Source: Bdellovibrionales bacterium
Lineage (GTDB): Bacteria > Bdellovibrionota > Bdellovibrionia > Bdellovibrionales > JAUICD01
Direction of reading: 5' to 3'
NCBI GenBank assembly: GCA_965197425.1
Contig: CBDANC010000014.1
Coordinates: forward strand, 387,729 to 451,728
Length of the DNA: 64,000 nt
The first letter of the stretch is position 1. Each line of letters begins with the position of its first letter. The notes beneath the pieces were generated by a model. That model worked only from the letters and a program-made list of their open reading frames with translations, made no database searches and was not told the origin of the DNA. The position numbers and the translations under genes were made by a program. This document shows, piece by piece, positions 9,959-21,005 of this stretch.

Positions 9959-10714
9959 ATGAAAAATAGATTTCTACATCTTTTATTATTACTAACATTC
10001 ATGAGCAATTATGAGACTGCCAGTGCTGGGGGTTGCTTGGAACTTCCAAATAAACAACTTGAAGAAAACATCCTAATAGAAGTAAATAATTATCAAGATA
10101 AGTATGATTTTGAAAAAAGAGGAGCGCCTTACGAGGGTCTGATTTCCGCCATTTTAGATGAAGCACATATTTGTGTTATAGAGATATTACTAAAAGACTA
10201 CGACCCTGAATATGTAGATATAAATGCTAGCAATAACTTTGGGATATTTCCCCTATCAGCCGCTGCCTACGGGGGCAATGTTGATGTCATACAGCTTCTA
10301 CTCGCCATACCTGAGATAGATGTAAATAATAGTGACCATGTATTGGGAATAACCGCACTAATGTCAGCATCTTTTAATGGACACACCAGTGCTGTAGAAA
10401 CACTACTGCAAACCTCAACAGACATAAATGTAAATGCTCAAAACAACATGGGCATGAATGCACTTATGTATGCCTCTGAAAGAGCCTATGTAGGTGTTGC
10501 AAGAACGCTTTTAGAATTTCCAGATATAGATGTGTTAGCAGAAAATATGACAGGCGATACAGTTCTTCAAACAATAAGAAACACAATTGAAAACTACTAT
10601 CAAAATGGCCTCATTCTTCATGAAGACCCAAAATATGAAGGCATTTTTCTTAGATACAAACAAATTGTTGAACTGTTACTAGAAGCAGAAGAACAAGCTT
10701 TATTAAGGAATTAA
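9959..10714 (+). CDS. Exported ankyrin-repeat protein, paralogue 1
   Basis: Signal peptide (MKNRFLHLLLLL...ASA); ankyrin repeats such as G.TALMSASFNGH..AVETLL..DINVNAQN; AAGGAG RBS. Confidence 0.9.
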   Translation: MKNRFLHLLLLLTFMSNYETASAGGCLELPNKQLEENILIEVNNYQDKYDFEKRGAPYEGLISAILDEAHICVIEILLKDYDPEYVDINASNNFGIFPLSAAAYGGNVDVIQLLLAIPEIDVNNSDHVLGITALMSASFNGHTSAVETLLQTSTDINVNAQNNMGMNALMYASERAYVGVARTLLEFPDIDVLAENMTGDTVLQTIRNTIENYYQNGLILHEDPKYEGIFLRYKQIVELLLEAEEQALLRN

Positions 10715-10717
10715 AAT

Positions 10718-11479
10718 ATGCACAATAGATTTCTACATACTATATTGTTACTAGTTCTTTCAAGTTTCTCTGAAATTACGCAAGCTCAAGATTGTAGAAA
10801 TATTCCAAACCCTTATGTTAAAAATAATCTGGCAATACAAGTAAGCAATTACAAAATTAAACAAAACAATTATGAAGCATATCAATTACACAATGATACA
10901 GAGTTATACGGTCGTGCTTATGAAGGATTAATTTCAGCTATTTTGGATGGGGCACATATATGTGTAATAGATGAGTTAATTTATGACTTTGACCCTGGGT
11001 ATATAGATATAAATGCATCTAATCATTATGGCATTTTCCCACTGGCAGCAGCCTCTTCTCGTGGTGATATAAATATTGTAAGCCTTTTGTTGAGCTTGCC
11101 AGAGTTAGATGTAAACACCACTGACTATGTATTGGGATCAACTGCACTAATGGAGGCTTCCTATAGAGGGCATATTGAGGTTGTACAAATGTTATTGTCT
11201 GTTCCTAACCTAAATATAAACGCACAAAACAATTATGATATGACGGCTTTGATGTATGCCGCTAAATATGCCCATATAAATATTGTAGGAGCTTTGCTAA
11301 ATACTCCTGATATAGATGTGTTTTTAGAAGATGTTCACGGAGAAAATGTTTTGCAAATAGTAGAAAGATTGGTTGACACAATATATATCAGAAGATCTTC
11401 TTCTATATATGATTATTATTTAAATGAAAGGTTGTTATCTGGGTACAGCCAAATTATTGAGCTTCTAAAAAACATATAG
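10718..11479 (+). CDS. Exported ankyrin-repeat protein, paralogue 2
   Basis: Signal peptide ending TQA; ankyrin repeats such as GSTALMEASYRGH.EVVQMLL; YEGLISAILDGAHIC motif. Confidence 0.9.
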   Translation: MHNRFLHTILLLVLSSFSEITQAQDCRNIPNPYVKNNLAIQVSNYKIKQNNYEAYQLHNDTELYGRAYEGLISAILDGAHICVIDELIYDFDPGYIDINASNHYGIFPLAAASSRGDINIVSLLLSLPELDVNTTDYVLGSTALMEASYRGHIEVVQMLLSVPNLNINAQNNYDMTALMYAAKYAHINIVGALLNTPDIDVFLEDVHGENVLQIVERLVDTIYIRRSSSIYDYYLNERLLSGYSQIIELLKNI

Positions 11480-11513
11480 TGCAAAAACCTATAATCTGTG
11501 GCTAGGTAAAAAT

Positions 11514-12230
11514 ATGAAATTTGTAACACTAATACTTATAATATCTTTTGGTGCGCCTTTCACACTACAGGCTCAAGAATGTAGTACGCTTCTAGACGAT
11601 AGAAAAATCGTAGAAGAAATAGATGAATACAAATACTATGTTCACAATCGAAGGGGCAACCCAGTTTATGAAGGCTTAATTTCAGCAATTTTAAATAATG
11701 CACATATTTGTATAATAGAAGCGCTGCTCAAAGACCACAAATTTATAGAGCATATAGATATAAATGCCAACAATAAATTAGGGCTTTCTCTACTATCAGC
11801 CTCTGTCCATAGTAACAATATCGACATTGTACGACTTTTGATTAACACGCCAGAAATAAATATAAATGACCGGGATCAAATGATAGGCGCAACCGCACTA
11901 ATAGTAGCATCAGGCCTGGGAAAAGTGGGGGTTGTAAAAGAACTGCTTAAAGTACCAGATATAAATGTAAACGCTAGAAACAAGTTCGGTATATCTGCAC
12001 TGATGAGCGCTTCTTCGGAAGGGCATCTGGAAGTGGTTAGAGAGCTACTAGAGGCTCCAGATATAAATGTGGGATCAAAAGATGTATTGGGTTATACAGC
12101 ACTTGATACAGTAAATGAGATACTCTTAAATTATGATAGATTTAAATTAAATGACAATGAAAAGCTCCGGACTCTGCACCCAAAATACAAACAAATTGTT
12201 GAGTTACTACAAGCAACAGAAAACAACTAG
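11514..12230 (+). CDS. Exported ankyrin-repeat protein, paralogue 3
   Basis: Signal peptide ending LQA; ankyrin repeats such as GISALMSASSEGHLEVVRELL; YEGLISAILNNAHIC motif. Confidence 0.9.
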   Translation: MKFVTLILIISFGAPFTLQAQECSTLLDDRKIVEEIDEYKYYVHNRRGNPVYEGLISAILNNAHICIIEALLKDHKFIEHIDINANNKLGLSLLSASVHSNNIDIVRLLINTPEININDRDQMIGATALIVASGLGKVGVVKELLKVPDINVNARNKFGISALMSASSEGHLEVVRELLEAPDINVGSKDVLGYTALDTVNEILLNYDRFKLNDNEKLRTLHPKYKQIVELLQATENN

Positions 12231-12278
12231 TTATTAAAAATATCAATTATATCACAACACAAAATTTATTAAGGCTTC

Positions 12279-12545
12279 TTATTGACTGCTGCCTTCGTTG
12301 TTAGTTTCTTCTGCTAGAATATTAACTTCATCATCTAAAACTTCCAAATACCCCCAAGACAGTGTATGAGTTGTAACTTCCCCACTACCTGTTTTGCACA
12401 CAAACTTTCCTGGTGATAAAGTTGTTATCAAAGGAGCATGCCCTGACAATATAGTGATTTCTCCGTTATAGGCACACACCTTGATTTCTTCTACTTGTTT
12501 TTCTACAATAAGACTTCGTTTGGGTGTTAATAAAGTTAAATTCAT
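12279..12545 (-). CDS. atpC: ATP synthase F1 epsilon subunit, short form (beta-sandwich only)
   Basis: LTLLTP, GEITILSGHAPLITTL.PG, GYLEV...VNILAE; directly after atpD. Confidence 0.93.
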   Translation of the reverse strand: MNLTLLTPKRSLIVEKQVEEIKVCAYNGEITILSGHAPLITTLSPGKFVCKTGSGEVTTHTLSWGYLEVLDDEVNILAEETNNEGSSQ

Positions 12546-12609
12546 TTTTGCTCTTTTACACTAATCATAGTTATAAGTTAAATATCACAAACCACCTTCC
12601 ATCAATTAA

Positions 12610-14013
<1,404 letters not shown>

Positions 14014-14053
14014 TTATATCCTTTCTATATACTATTATTCTTTAACCTTGCTT

Positions 14054-14908
14054 CTATAAAGCCTCACTACCACTTGTAATTTCAATTAGTTCAGTAGTAA
14101 TTTTTGCTTGTCTTTCTTTGTTATAATCCAAAGATAATTTAGAAATCATTTCCTGTGCATTCTTTGTTGCGTTTTCCATGGCAGTCATTCTGGCTCCGTG
14201 TTCTGATGCCACACTTTCCTGGAAACATCTGTATAGCTGTATTACAAAATTTTTCCTAAGAAGTGTATCCAAAATTTCATCTGAAGACGGTTCAAAAATA
14301 AAATCTGGAGTTTTATCTTCCGCAAAAGGCTCTAAGGGCAAAAGCGTTTCCTGTGTTACCACTTGAGTCATCACAGATTTAAAGTTGTTATAGATAATTT
14401 TTATTCGTTCATACTCACCACTTTGATAAAATTCCAAAATTATTTTAGAAATATCAGACGCTACACTATAAGAGATGTTTCTATCTAAATTCACCACAGA
14501 GTGTTTTTGAACAACCCCCCTTCTTTGAAAATAACCCTGTCCCTTTTTGCCTACACAAATAAGATCCGCTAGATCTTCTTCTAAAACCTTACTTGTATAT
14601 TTACATATATTATTGTTGAACCCGCCACAAAGACCTCTATCACTTGTTAAAACAACCAAAAGATTTTTTCCATTATCCGAGGCTTTCTTAATAAATGGAT
14701 GTGAAAGATCAGGGTTTGCCTTTAAATCTTTTATCACCGACAAAAGTTTTTCAGCATAGGGTCTTTGGTTTACAATATTGTCCTGAGCTTTTTTAAGCTT
14801 AGCCGCCGAGACCATTTTCATGGCCTTGGTTGTGGCCTTGGTCTTTTTAGTAGAATTTATTTTATCTCTCAAATTTTTTAAGTTAGCCATGTTTAAATAC
14901 AGCACCAA
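14054..14908 (-). CDS. atpG: ATP synthase F1 gamma subunit (likely start ATG 14890)
   Basis: [40 protein letters not shown] and RQAKITTEL motifs. Confidence 0.98.
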   Translation of the reverse strand: MVLYLNMANLKNLRDKINSTKKTKATTKAMKMVSAAKLKKAQDNIVNQRPYAEKLLSVIKDLKANPDLSHPFIKKASDNGKNLLVVLTSDRGLCGGFNNNICKYTSKVLEEDLADLICVGKKGQGYFQRRGVVQKHSVVNLDRNISYSVASDISKIILEFYQSGEYERIKIIYNNFKSVMTQVVTQETLLPLEPFAEDKTPDFIFEPSSDEILDTLLRKNFVIQLYRCFQESVASEHGARMTAMENATKNAQEMISKLSLDYNKERQAKITTELIEITSGSEAL

Positions 14909-16400
14909 ACTCTTCTAACGCTTTAGATATCCTATCTTTCAGCTCGCTGGTTAGCTCTCCTTTCTTATCTATATCATCTAGAAGATCAGAAAATTTTCGA
15001 TCTAAAAATCCTCTAAGCTCTTTTTTGTATTGAGATATTTTTTCAACCTGAATCTGATCAACAAGCCCATTAACCCCAGCAAATATTGTCACAACCTGCA
15101 TTGCAACTGGCCATGGATCATATTGTGGTTGCTTTAATAATTCTACCAGTCTCTTTCCACGAAAAAGACGTTCTTGAGTTGACTTGTCTAAGTCAGAGCC
15201 AAATGTTGCAAATGCCTCTAGTTCTCTAAACTGAGCAAGATCTAATTTTAATGTTCCAGCTACCTGCCTTATTGCTTTTATTTGTGCGTTACCTCCAACC
15301 CTCGAAACAGAAATCCCCACATTAACCGCAGGCCTGATCCCTTTATAAAACAAATCTGCCTCCAAAAAGATCTGACCGTCAGTAATCGAAATTACATTTG
15401 TAGGAATATAAGCAGAAACATCCCCTGCCTGTGTTTCTATGATAGGAAGAGCGGTTAGCGAACCACCTCCTTCAGCATCACTTAATTTACAAGCCCGCTC
15501 TAAAAGTCTAGAGTGCAAATAAAAAACATCTCCGGGATAAGCCTCCCTTCCAGGAGGTCTTCTCAATAAAAGTGATAGCTGTCTGTAAGCCTGCGCTTGC
15601 TTAGTTAAATCATCATATACAATAAGAGCATGCTGCCCTTTATCTCTAAAATATTCTCCTATGGTACAACCAGTATACGCAGACAAAAACTGCAATGAAG
15701 CCGCACTAGTAGCGCTAGAAAACACAATCACCGTATAATCCAAGGCACCCGCCTCTTTTAATTTTTCATAAACTTGTGCCACAGTGGATTGCTTCTGCCC
15801 AATTGCAACATACACACAAAAAACATTCTTTCCCCTTTGATTTATAATGGTATCAATAGCAATTGCCGTTTTGCCCGTTTGTCTATCACCAATAATAAGC
15901 TCCCTTTGACCTCTTCCAATTGGTATCATAGTATCTATTGCCTTAATTCCTGTTTGAAGTGGCTCAGTTACAGGTTGTCTTTTCACAATGCCAGGAGCTT
16001 TTAACTCCACAAGTCTTGTGTTTTTAGCATCAATTTTCCCCTTTCCATCTAAAGGATTACCCAGAGGATCTACTACTCTGGACAAAAGCTCCTCACCAAC
16101 ACCAACCCCCACAATTTGTTTGGTTCTTTTAACAACATCACCTTCCTTAATGCCGGAATCATCTCCAAAAATAACAATCCCAACAGAAGAGTCTTCCAGG
16201 TTTAAAGCCATGCCCGCTATGCCATTGGCAAACTTAACAATTTCACCAGACATTACATTGTCTAAACCGTAAACCCTTGCAACACTATCTCCCACAGACA
16301 ATACCTTGCCTGTTTCACTTACCTCCAATGAGCTTGTAAAAGCCTTTATCTGATCCTTTAATACACTTGTAATTTCATCAGCTTTTAATTTCAAAACCAC
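14883..16400 (-). CDS. atpA: ATP synthase F1 alpha subunit
   Basis: [23 protein letters not shown] and VISITDGQ motifs. Confidence 0.99.
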   Translation of the reverse strand: MVLKLKADEITSVLKDQIKAFTSSLEVSETGKVLSVGDSVARVYGLDNVMSGEIVKFANGIAGMALNLEDSSVGIVIFGDDSGIKEGDVVKRTKQIVGVGVGEELLSRVVDPLGNPLDGKGKIDAKNTRLVELKAPGIVKRQPVTEPLQTGIKAIDTMIPIGRGQRELIIGDRQTGKTAIAIDTIINQRGKNVFCVYVAIGQKQSTVAQVYEKLKEAGALDYTVIVFSSATSAASLQFLSAYTGCTIGEYFRDKGQHALIVYDDLTKQAQAYRQLSLLLRRPPGREAYPGDVFYLHSRLLERACKLSDAEGGGSLTALPIIETQAGDVSAYIPTNVISITDGQIFLEADLFYKGIRPAVNVGISVSRVGGNAQIKAIRQVAGTLKLDLAQFRELEAFATFGSDLDKSTQERLFRGKRLVELLKQPQYDPWPVAMQVVTIFAGVNGLVDQIQVEKISQYKKELRGFLDRKFSDLLDDIDKKGELTSELKDRISKALEEFGAVFKHG

Positions 16401-16407
16401 CTCTCCT

Positions 16408-16896
16408 TTATAAATTCTTTATCTTATTTAGCTTGTTTATTAAGGTGTCTTCAAAAATAATTCCACCTATTTCAACCCTGACCCCACCTAGAATGGAACT
16501 GTCTATTTCATATTCAAAAATTACTTTCTTGCTAATCTTTTTGAAAAATGTGTCCTCCAAAGTGTTTTTAAGTTTCGAAGAAAGTTCAAAAGCAGTAACC
16601 GCTTTTCCCCTTACAATTTGATTTTTTTTATCACTCAACTTTTCAAGGGCTTCTACAAAACTTGTAAAGTCAAATCTCTTTTTATCTAGCATAAAATTTA
16701 AAAAGTTTTTTAAAACCTCTGTAGTTGCTATTGTGCCAACTATCTCTTTTTTGTGTTCAGTGTCTATAATTGGATTGTTTAAAAAAGACGCCACTTCTTT
16801 GCTTAGAAAGTTTTTTATATACAAAGCATTTGAGATTTCTTTTTCGGTTTTAGAAAGTTCAAAAAAGGCTTGAGCATATCTATCGTATACTTTCAT
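16408..16896 (-). CDS. atpH: ATP synthase delta subunit
   Basis: [16 protein letters not shown] and IDSSILGGV; operon position. Confidence 0.93.
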   Translation of the reverse strand: MKVYDRYAQAFFELSKTEKEISNALYIKNFLSKEVASFLNNPIIDTEHKKEIVGTIATTEVLKNFLNFMLDKKRFDFTSFVEALEKLSDKKNQIVRGKAVTAFELSSKLKNTLEDTFFKKISKKVIFEYEIDSSILGGVRVEIGGIIFEDTLINKLNKIKNL

Positions 16897-17440
16897 TGGA
16901 TACTCTCTTATTATATTCGTTAAATAGTTTTAGATGCTGGTCTTTTGATAGTTTGCCTTTAAGCTCTAATTTCACAGCATCAATTGCACTTTCTATGACA
17001 CCCTTCTTTAATTCTTCATATGCCTTAGATCTTAAAAGACGGGAGGTCTCTTCGCTTTCTTGTTGGATTTTTTCTACCTGAAAGGTTGCATGCTCTAGTA
17101 ATGTCTGAACCGACTCTGAAGCGTTAGTCTTTGCTTTTACGAGCTGAGCATCTTTAGTGTTAGAAATCTCTTCTAGTTTTTCTTCAAGCTTTCTAAGCTT
17201 TTGTAAGGCCTTATCCTTTTTAATACTAGCAGCTTTAAACCTCTCTTGAAACTGAAGTTCCTTTGTCGAATAAAAAGCCTTTATTTTGTCTTTTAATAGG
17301 AACCACAAAAGCCCTACAAATAAAATAAAGTTTAATGCCTGGAACCAAACAACCCCAGGAATCCCATGGGCTTCCGTTCCAGAGGCAGCAACAAGCACTT
17401 TAGGAATAAAAAAAACAAACATAACCGGCAACTTGTTCAT
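16880..17440 (-). CDS. atpF: ATP synthase F0 subunit b
   Basis: Leader peptide, TM FQALNFILFVGLLWFLL and a long coiled coil; operon position. Confidence 0.88.
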   Translation of the reverse strand: MNKLPVMFVFFIPKVLVAASGTEAHGIPGVVWFQALNFILFVGLLWFLLKDKIKAFYSTKELQFQERFKAASIKKDKALQKLRKLEEKLEEISNTKDAQLVKAKTNASESVQTLLEHATFQVEKIQQESEETSRLLRSKAYEELKKGVIESAIDAVKLELKGKLSKDQHLKLFNEYNKRVSNESIR

Positions 17441-17467
17441 ACTAAATACTGCTCCTAAACAATCTTT

Positions 17468-17899
17468 TTAAAAAATTTTTTCTTTGATCAAAGAAGAGAA
17501 CTCTGGAACTTGCACTAAAAGTTTAGCTTTAGTAATTTTTTTTTGTTTTTCAATATCTGTTCTTACAAGTTCCAAAGATTTATGAGCTTCTTTTTTAGCA
17601 ATAGATATTTTTTTTAAAACTTCTTGTTCTGTTTCCTCTAATTTTTTAGAAAAAATGTCTTTTATTTGTTCATTTAACTTTTTTGCCTGTGCACCATACT
17701 CTTGTTCTTTTTCATGAGCTTTTTTTAAAATTTGATTTGTCTCATCTTCACTTCCTATAGTAACGCCATCTCTTAACTTTATCCTAGAAACCAACTTATC
17801 TAATAAAATTCTTTTGGTAATAACATAGGCAATAATCCAGATAATAATCTGGGCAAAGATAGTATAGTTCACACCTAATTTATCTAAAATTTCCAGCAT
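17468..17899 (-). CDS. ATP synthase F0 subunit b'
   Basis: VNYTIFAQ TM segment plus coiled coil; first gene of the atp cluster. Confidence 0.85.
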   Translation of the reverse strand: MLEILDKLGVNYTIFAQIIIWIIAYVITKRILLDKLVSRIKLRDGVTIGSEDETNQILKKAHEKEQEYGAQAKKLNEQIKDIFSKKLEETEQEVLKKISIAKKEAHKSLELVRTDIEKQKKITKAKLLVQVPEFSSLIKEKIF

Positions 17900-17938
17900 G
17901 TAATGCTCTTACTAAGAATAATATTTTTAGTCAACAAG

Positions 17939-18068
17939 AGGTCTTTAGAAGCTGAATCAGAATCTTTCTACAGTGCTGGGCAACCATCAAGCTAAAAGGT
18001 GTCTTGGTTTCACTTGGACTCTGTCCTGCATTTCACCAATCCACCTTTTAACTTGATTCGGAAGACCT
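17939..18068 (-). ncRNA. Unassigned structured element (candidate ncRNA or structured 3' UTR)
   Basis: Nested stems 17939-45/18062-68 (7 bp), 17986-18001/18042-57 (16 bp), 18004-08/18035-39 and 18016-19/18023-26. A G-U pair and a tandem GA form only on the minus strand. Confidence 0.5.
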
Positions 18069-18407
18069 TTAAGACATATAAGACGCACCTTCAAATACAA
18101 CTCCTTCATCTATCTGCAAACTAGGAGTAGTAAGGGTGCCTTTTAAAACAGCTGGAGGGTGCATCATGACTTGCTTATGTGCAAACACATTACCCTTAAC
18201 GGTACCAGATATAATCACAACCTCTGCTTCTATTTGAGCCTCTATATCCGCACCTGGATCAATGATTAGAGTATCCTTTGTGTATATCTCTCCTTTGAAA
18301 GACCCACCAATCCTAACTGTACCCTCAAAAGTTAAGTTTCCCTCAAAAGCAGCACCCTTGTCCAAAATAGCAGTTATATGCTTATGCCTGTCCTCTAACC
18401 CTGTCAT
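18069..18407 (-). CDS. Bactofilin (polymer-forming cytoskeletal protein)
   Basis: FEGNLTFEGTVRIGG.FKGEI, VIISGTVKGNV and LQIDEGVVFEG beta-helix motifs. Confidence 0.93.
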   Translation of the reverse strand: MTGLEDRHKHITAILDKGAAFEGNLTFEGTVRIGGSFKGEIYTKDTLIIDPGADIEAQIEAEVVIISGTVKGNVFAHKQVMMHPPAVLKGTLTTPSLQIDEGVVFEGASYMS

Positions 18408-19288
18408 TTTATTCCGTCTAGTTTCTCCAACTTTTCTATAAGATCATTAAACTGCTCTGAAGAATAATAGTAGATTGAAACACTGCCTTTTTCATTTTTG
18501 TAGTCAATATTAACTTTGGTTTTTAATTTTTTCTCAAGCCTTGTAGCAATTCTACTCACTAACTTTAAGGTTCTATCGTCTTTAGAAGACTTCTTAGGAT
18601 TTTTTATAAGCCTCTCCAAACCCCTCACGCTAAGTTTCTTTTTTACTAAAATACCAGCATATCGATTTTGAGAAGCTAGATCTAAAACAGAGGCCAATAC
18701 CTTTGCGTGACCCAAAGATATACTACCATTTCTTATGCAATCCTTTACTTTGCTAGAAAGAGCTTGAATTCTAAGCAGGTTGGAAATAGTAGCCCTATCT
18801 TTGCCCACCAACTTGGCTATTTTGCTGTGCGTTAGACCGTGATCTTCTACCAGGCTCTTGTAAGCATCTGCCTCTTCTATCGGATTTAAGTCCTCTCTTT
18901 GAATGTTTTCTACAATAGCAACCTGCTGGGCCTTAGAAGGGTCCAGGTCTTTTAAGATCACTGGCACTTTGGCTAGTCCTGCTATATTAGCTGCTCTAAA
19001 CCGCCTTTCGCCTGCCACAATTTCATACTTGCCTTCCTTTTTATAAACTAAGATTGGTTGTATGATGCCCTGTGCCTTAATTGAATCTGCAAGTCCTTCG
19101 AGTTTTTCTCTATCAAACTTTTTTCTTGGCTGGTTTTTACTGCAAAAAAGAAGGTCTATTTCAACCTCCATAACACCCGTTTGCCTTGGGGTACTCACCT
19201 GCTGACTACTCAAATGACTAGCTGGAATAAGACTATCAAGGCCCCTGCCTAGACCATGTTTTTTTGTTTTTACAGTGTCTGTGGACAT
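18404..19288 (-). CDS. parB: Chromosome partitioning protein ParB
   Basis: LGRGLDSLI, QPRKKF, GIIQPI, IVAGERRFRA, ENIQREDL and an HTH. Confidence 0.97.
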   Translation of the reverse strand: MSTDTVKTKKHGLGRGLDSLIPASHLSSQQVSTPRQTGVMEVEIDLLFCSKNQPRKKFDREKLEGLADSIKAQGIIQPILVYKKEGKYEIVAGERRFRAANIAGLAKVPVILKDLDPSKAQQVAIVENIQREDLNPIEEADAYKSLVEDHGLTHSKIAKLVGKDRATISNLLRIQALSSKVKDCIRNGSISLGHAKVLASVLDLASQNRYAGILVKKKLSVRGLERLIKNPKKSSKDDRTLKLVSRIATRLEKKLKTKVNIDYKNEKGSVSIYYYSSEQFNDLIEKLEKLDGIK

Positions 19289-20091
19289 TCTGCCTCCTTG
19301 TTATTGTATGTTTTGGCTTTAGACAACTTTCCATCTAGCTCTCTAGCCAGATCTCGATACCTGCTTCCCCCTATGGATTTTTTGTCATACTCAAATATGC
19401 ATGCTCCGTGGCTAGGCGCCTCGCTTAACCTTACGCTTCTGGGAATAATTGTTTCAAACACCCTGTCTTTAAAGTGTTTTTTTACCTCGAAAGAAACTTG
19501 GTGAGATAATCTGTTTCTAGTATCAAACATGGTAAGTAGTATGCCCTCTAGCTCAAGCTTGGGGTTAAGGCTCTGCCCTATTAACCCAGAGGTGGTCAAA
19601 AGCTTGCTCAATCCTTCTAATGCATAATACTCACACTGGAGAGGAACCAAAAAACTATCTGCTGCACTTAAACCATTAACCGTAAGAAGGCTCAAGCTTG
19701 GAGGACAATCAATTATTATAAAGTCAAACTGATGAGCCACGGTAGATAAAGCTCTTTTTAGTCTAAACTCTCTTTTGTCTGAATTCACCAACTCAACCTC
19801 AACCCCAACAAGATCAGAGTTAGAAACTATGGCCTTTAAGTTTTTGTGGTTGGTGTCCAAAATAGCCCCTTTTGCAGAAAGCTTTCCTATCAATACATAG
19901 TAAATATTGTTGTCATCTGATGTTGTGCTAGAGGGTTTTATTCCCAAGACCCCTGAAGCATTGGCTTGGGGATCCAAATCTATCAATAAAACCTGTCTCC
20001 CCATGTCTGCCAGAGCGTAGGATAAATTTACACTAGTTGTGGTTTTTCCAACTCCACCTTTTTGATTGACCACACAAATTGTTCTAGACAT
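19270..20091 (-). CDS. parA: Chromosome partitioning ATPase ParA/Soj
   Basis: NQKGGVGKTT, DLDPQANA, IDCPPSL and IPRSVRLSEAPS. ATG 20091 preferred over the track's GTG 20106. Confidence 0.97.
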   Translation of the reverse strand: MSRTICVVNQKGGVGKTTTSVNLSYALADMGRQVLLIDLDPQANASGVLGIKPSSTTSDDNNIYYVLIGKLSAKGAILDTNHKNLKAIVSNSDLVGVEVELVNSDKREFRLKRALSTVAHQFDFIIIDCPPSLSLLTVNGLSAADSFLVPLQCEYYALEGLSKLLTTSGLIGQSLNPKLELEGILLTMFDTRNRLSHQVSFEVKKHFKDRVFETIIPRSVRLSEAPSHGACIFEYDKKSIGGSRYRDLARELDGKLSKAKTYNNKEAECPQTL

Positions 20092-20139
20092 CCTAAAATC
20101 CCACAAGTAGGCCCAGCCACCCTGCCCTACGCTCCCAAG

Positions 20140-20155
20140 TGTTCCACGTGGAACA
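20140..20155. promoter_or_regulatory. parS centromere site
   Basis: Perfect palindrome TGTTCCACGTGGAACA just upstream of parA. Confidence 0.95.
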
Positions 20156-20256
20156 TCTTTAACTCAAAGCGGTGTCACATGCTATTTTATATAGTCCTAT
20201 GTTGGCAATGATTAACTAAAAGAAAGCTGAATTGTTATTGCCTTAAAGTTTGATTC

Positions 20257-20931
20257 TTAGGCGCCCCCCTCTTTGTCTGCAAAAAGCGGGCGTGCCTCTA
20301 TTTCTTGTACAAACTCTCTAAAGTAACTTCTAGGGACCTCTTTTCTTATTATAGTAGAACGAACCATCGTGGTGCTTCTAGAGATAAGGGCAATCCTATA
20401 CATGCCCTCCATACCGGCCTCTCTACGAAAGCTTTCAAAGTTCTTAAAGTTTATCCCCACATGTTCAAAACAACATTTTTCATCTCTACTTTCATGACAT
20501 GTAAACTGTCTTTCAATTAAGGTTATATCCAGCGAAGCATTGCCTTCGCCCTCTCCACCTCGTAACCCTTTTGACAAAAAAAGCCAGTTTTTTGATTTGT
20601 GTATCGTATATAGCTGTACAAAAGGTTTTTCTCCTTCCAAAAGCAGCGCTCTTAAAAAATAGATTGTTTCTTCATCTTCGACCCAAGGGGCAGTTATTGT
20701 CTCTTGGCCATTTATCTTTTCATACTTAAAGTCTTTGCCCAAATAAGGCCTGTCTGGATCAATTACCAATTCATTAAACCAGTCTATCGTCCGTGTGTTG
20801 GCAATATTTCGACGCTGTTGTTTAGATGCACTTAGTTCGAATGCTTGCTTTTCAAATGCTTGTTGTTTGAATGTTCGAGCTTTAATTTTGGAAGCAACAA
20901 AGGGAGAGCTTACGCCCAAGCCTGTCAACAA
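20257..20931 (-). CDS. Hypothetical, probably exported protein; distant paralogue of 21006..21602; start uncertain
   Basis: Shares QLY...W.xL.KG...C...C..E.V...FK.F.S...GM.R..L...PRSY..FVQ with its neighbour. Confidence 0.7.
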   Translation of the reverse strand: MLTGLGVSSPFVASKIKARTFKQQAFEKQAFELSASKQQRRNIANTRTIDWFNELVIDPDRPYLGKDFKYEKINGQETITAPWVEDEETIYFLRALLLEGEKPFVQLYTIHKSKNWLFLSKGLRGGEGEGNASLDITLIERQFTCHESRDEKCCFEHVGINFKNFESFRREAGMEGMYRIALISRSTTMVRSTIIRKEVPRSYFREFVQEIEARPLFADKEGGA

Positions 20932-21005
20932 AACCCCTGCTACAAATATTGCTTCTAACTCCCCACTTTACATGTAGTTTGGGTCGGTATTTCAGAGGGT
21001 ATAAT

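Noticed and set aside
17939..18068. Retron msr-msd reading of the structured element (terminal inverted repeat plus long hairpin)
   Set aside because: The topology is suggestive, but no reverse transcriptase is encoded in the window and the flanks are core genes. SRP (CAGG...AGCAG), hammerhead (CUGANGA) and SAM-I cores also do not match.
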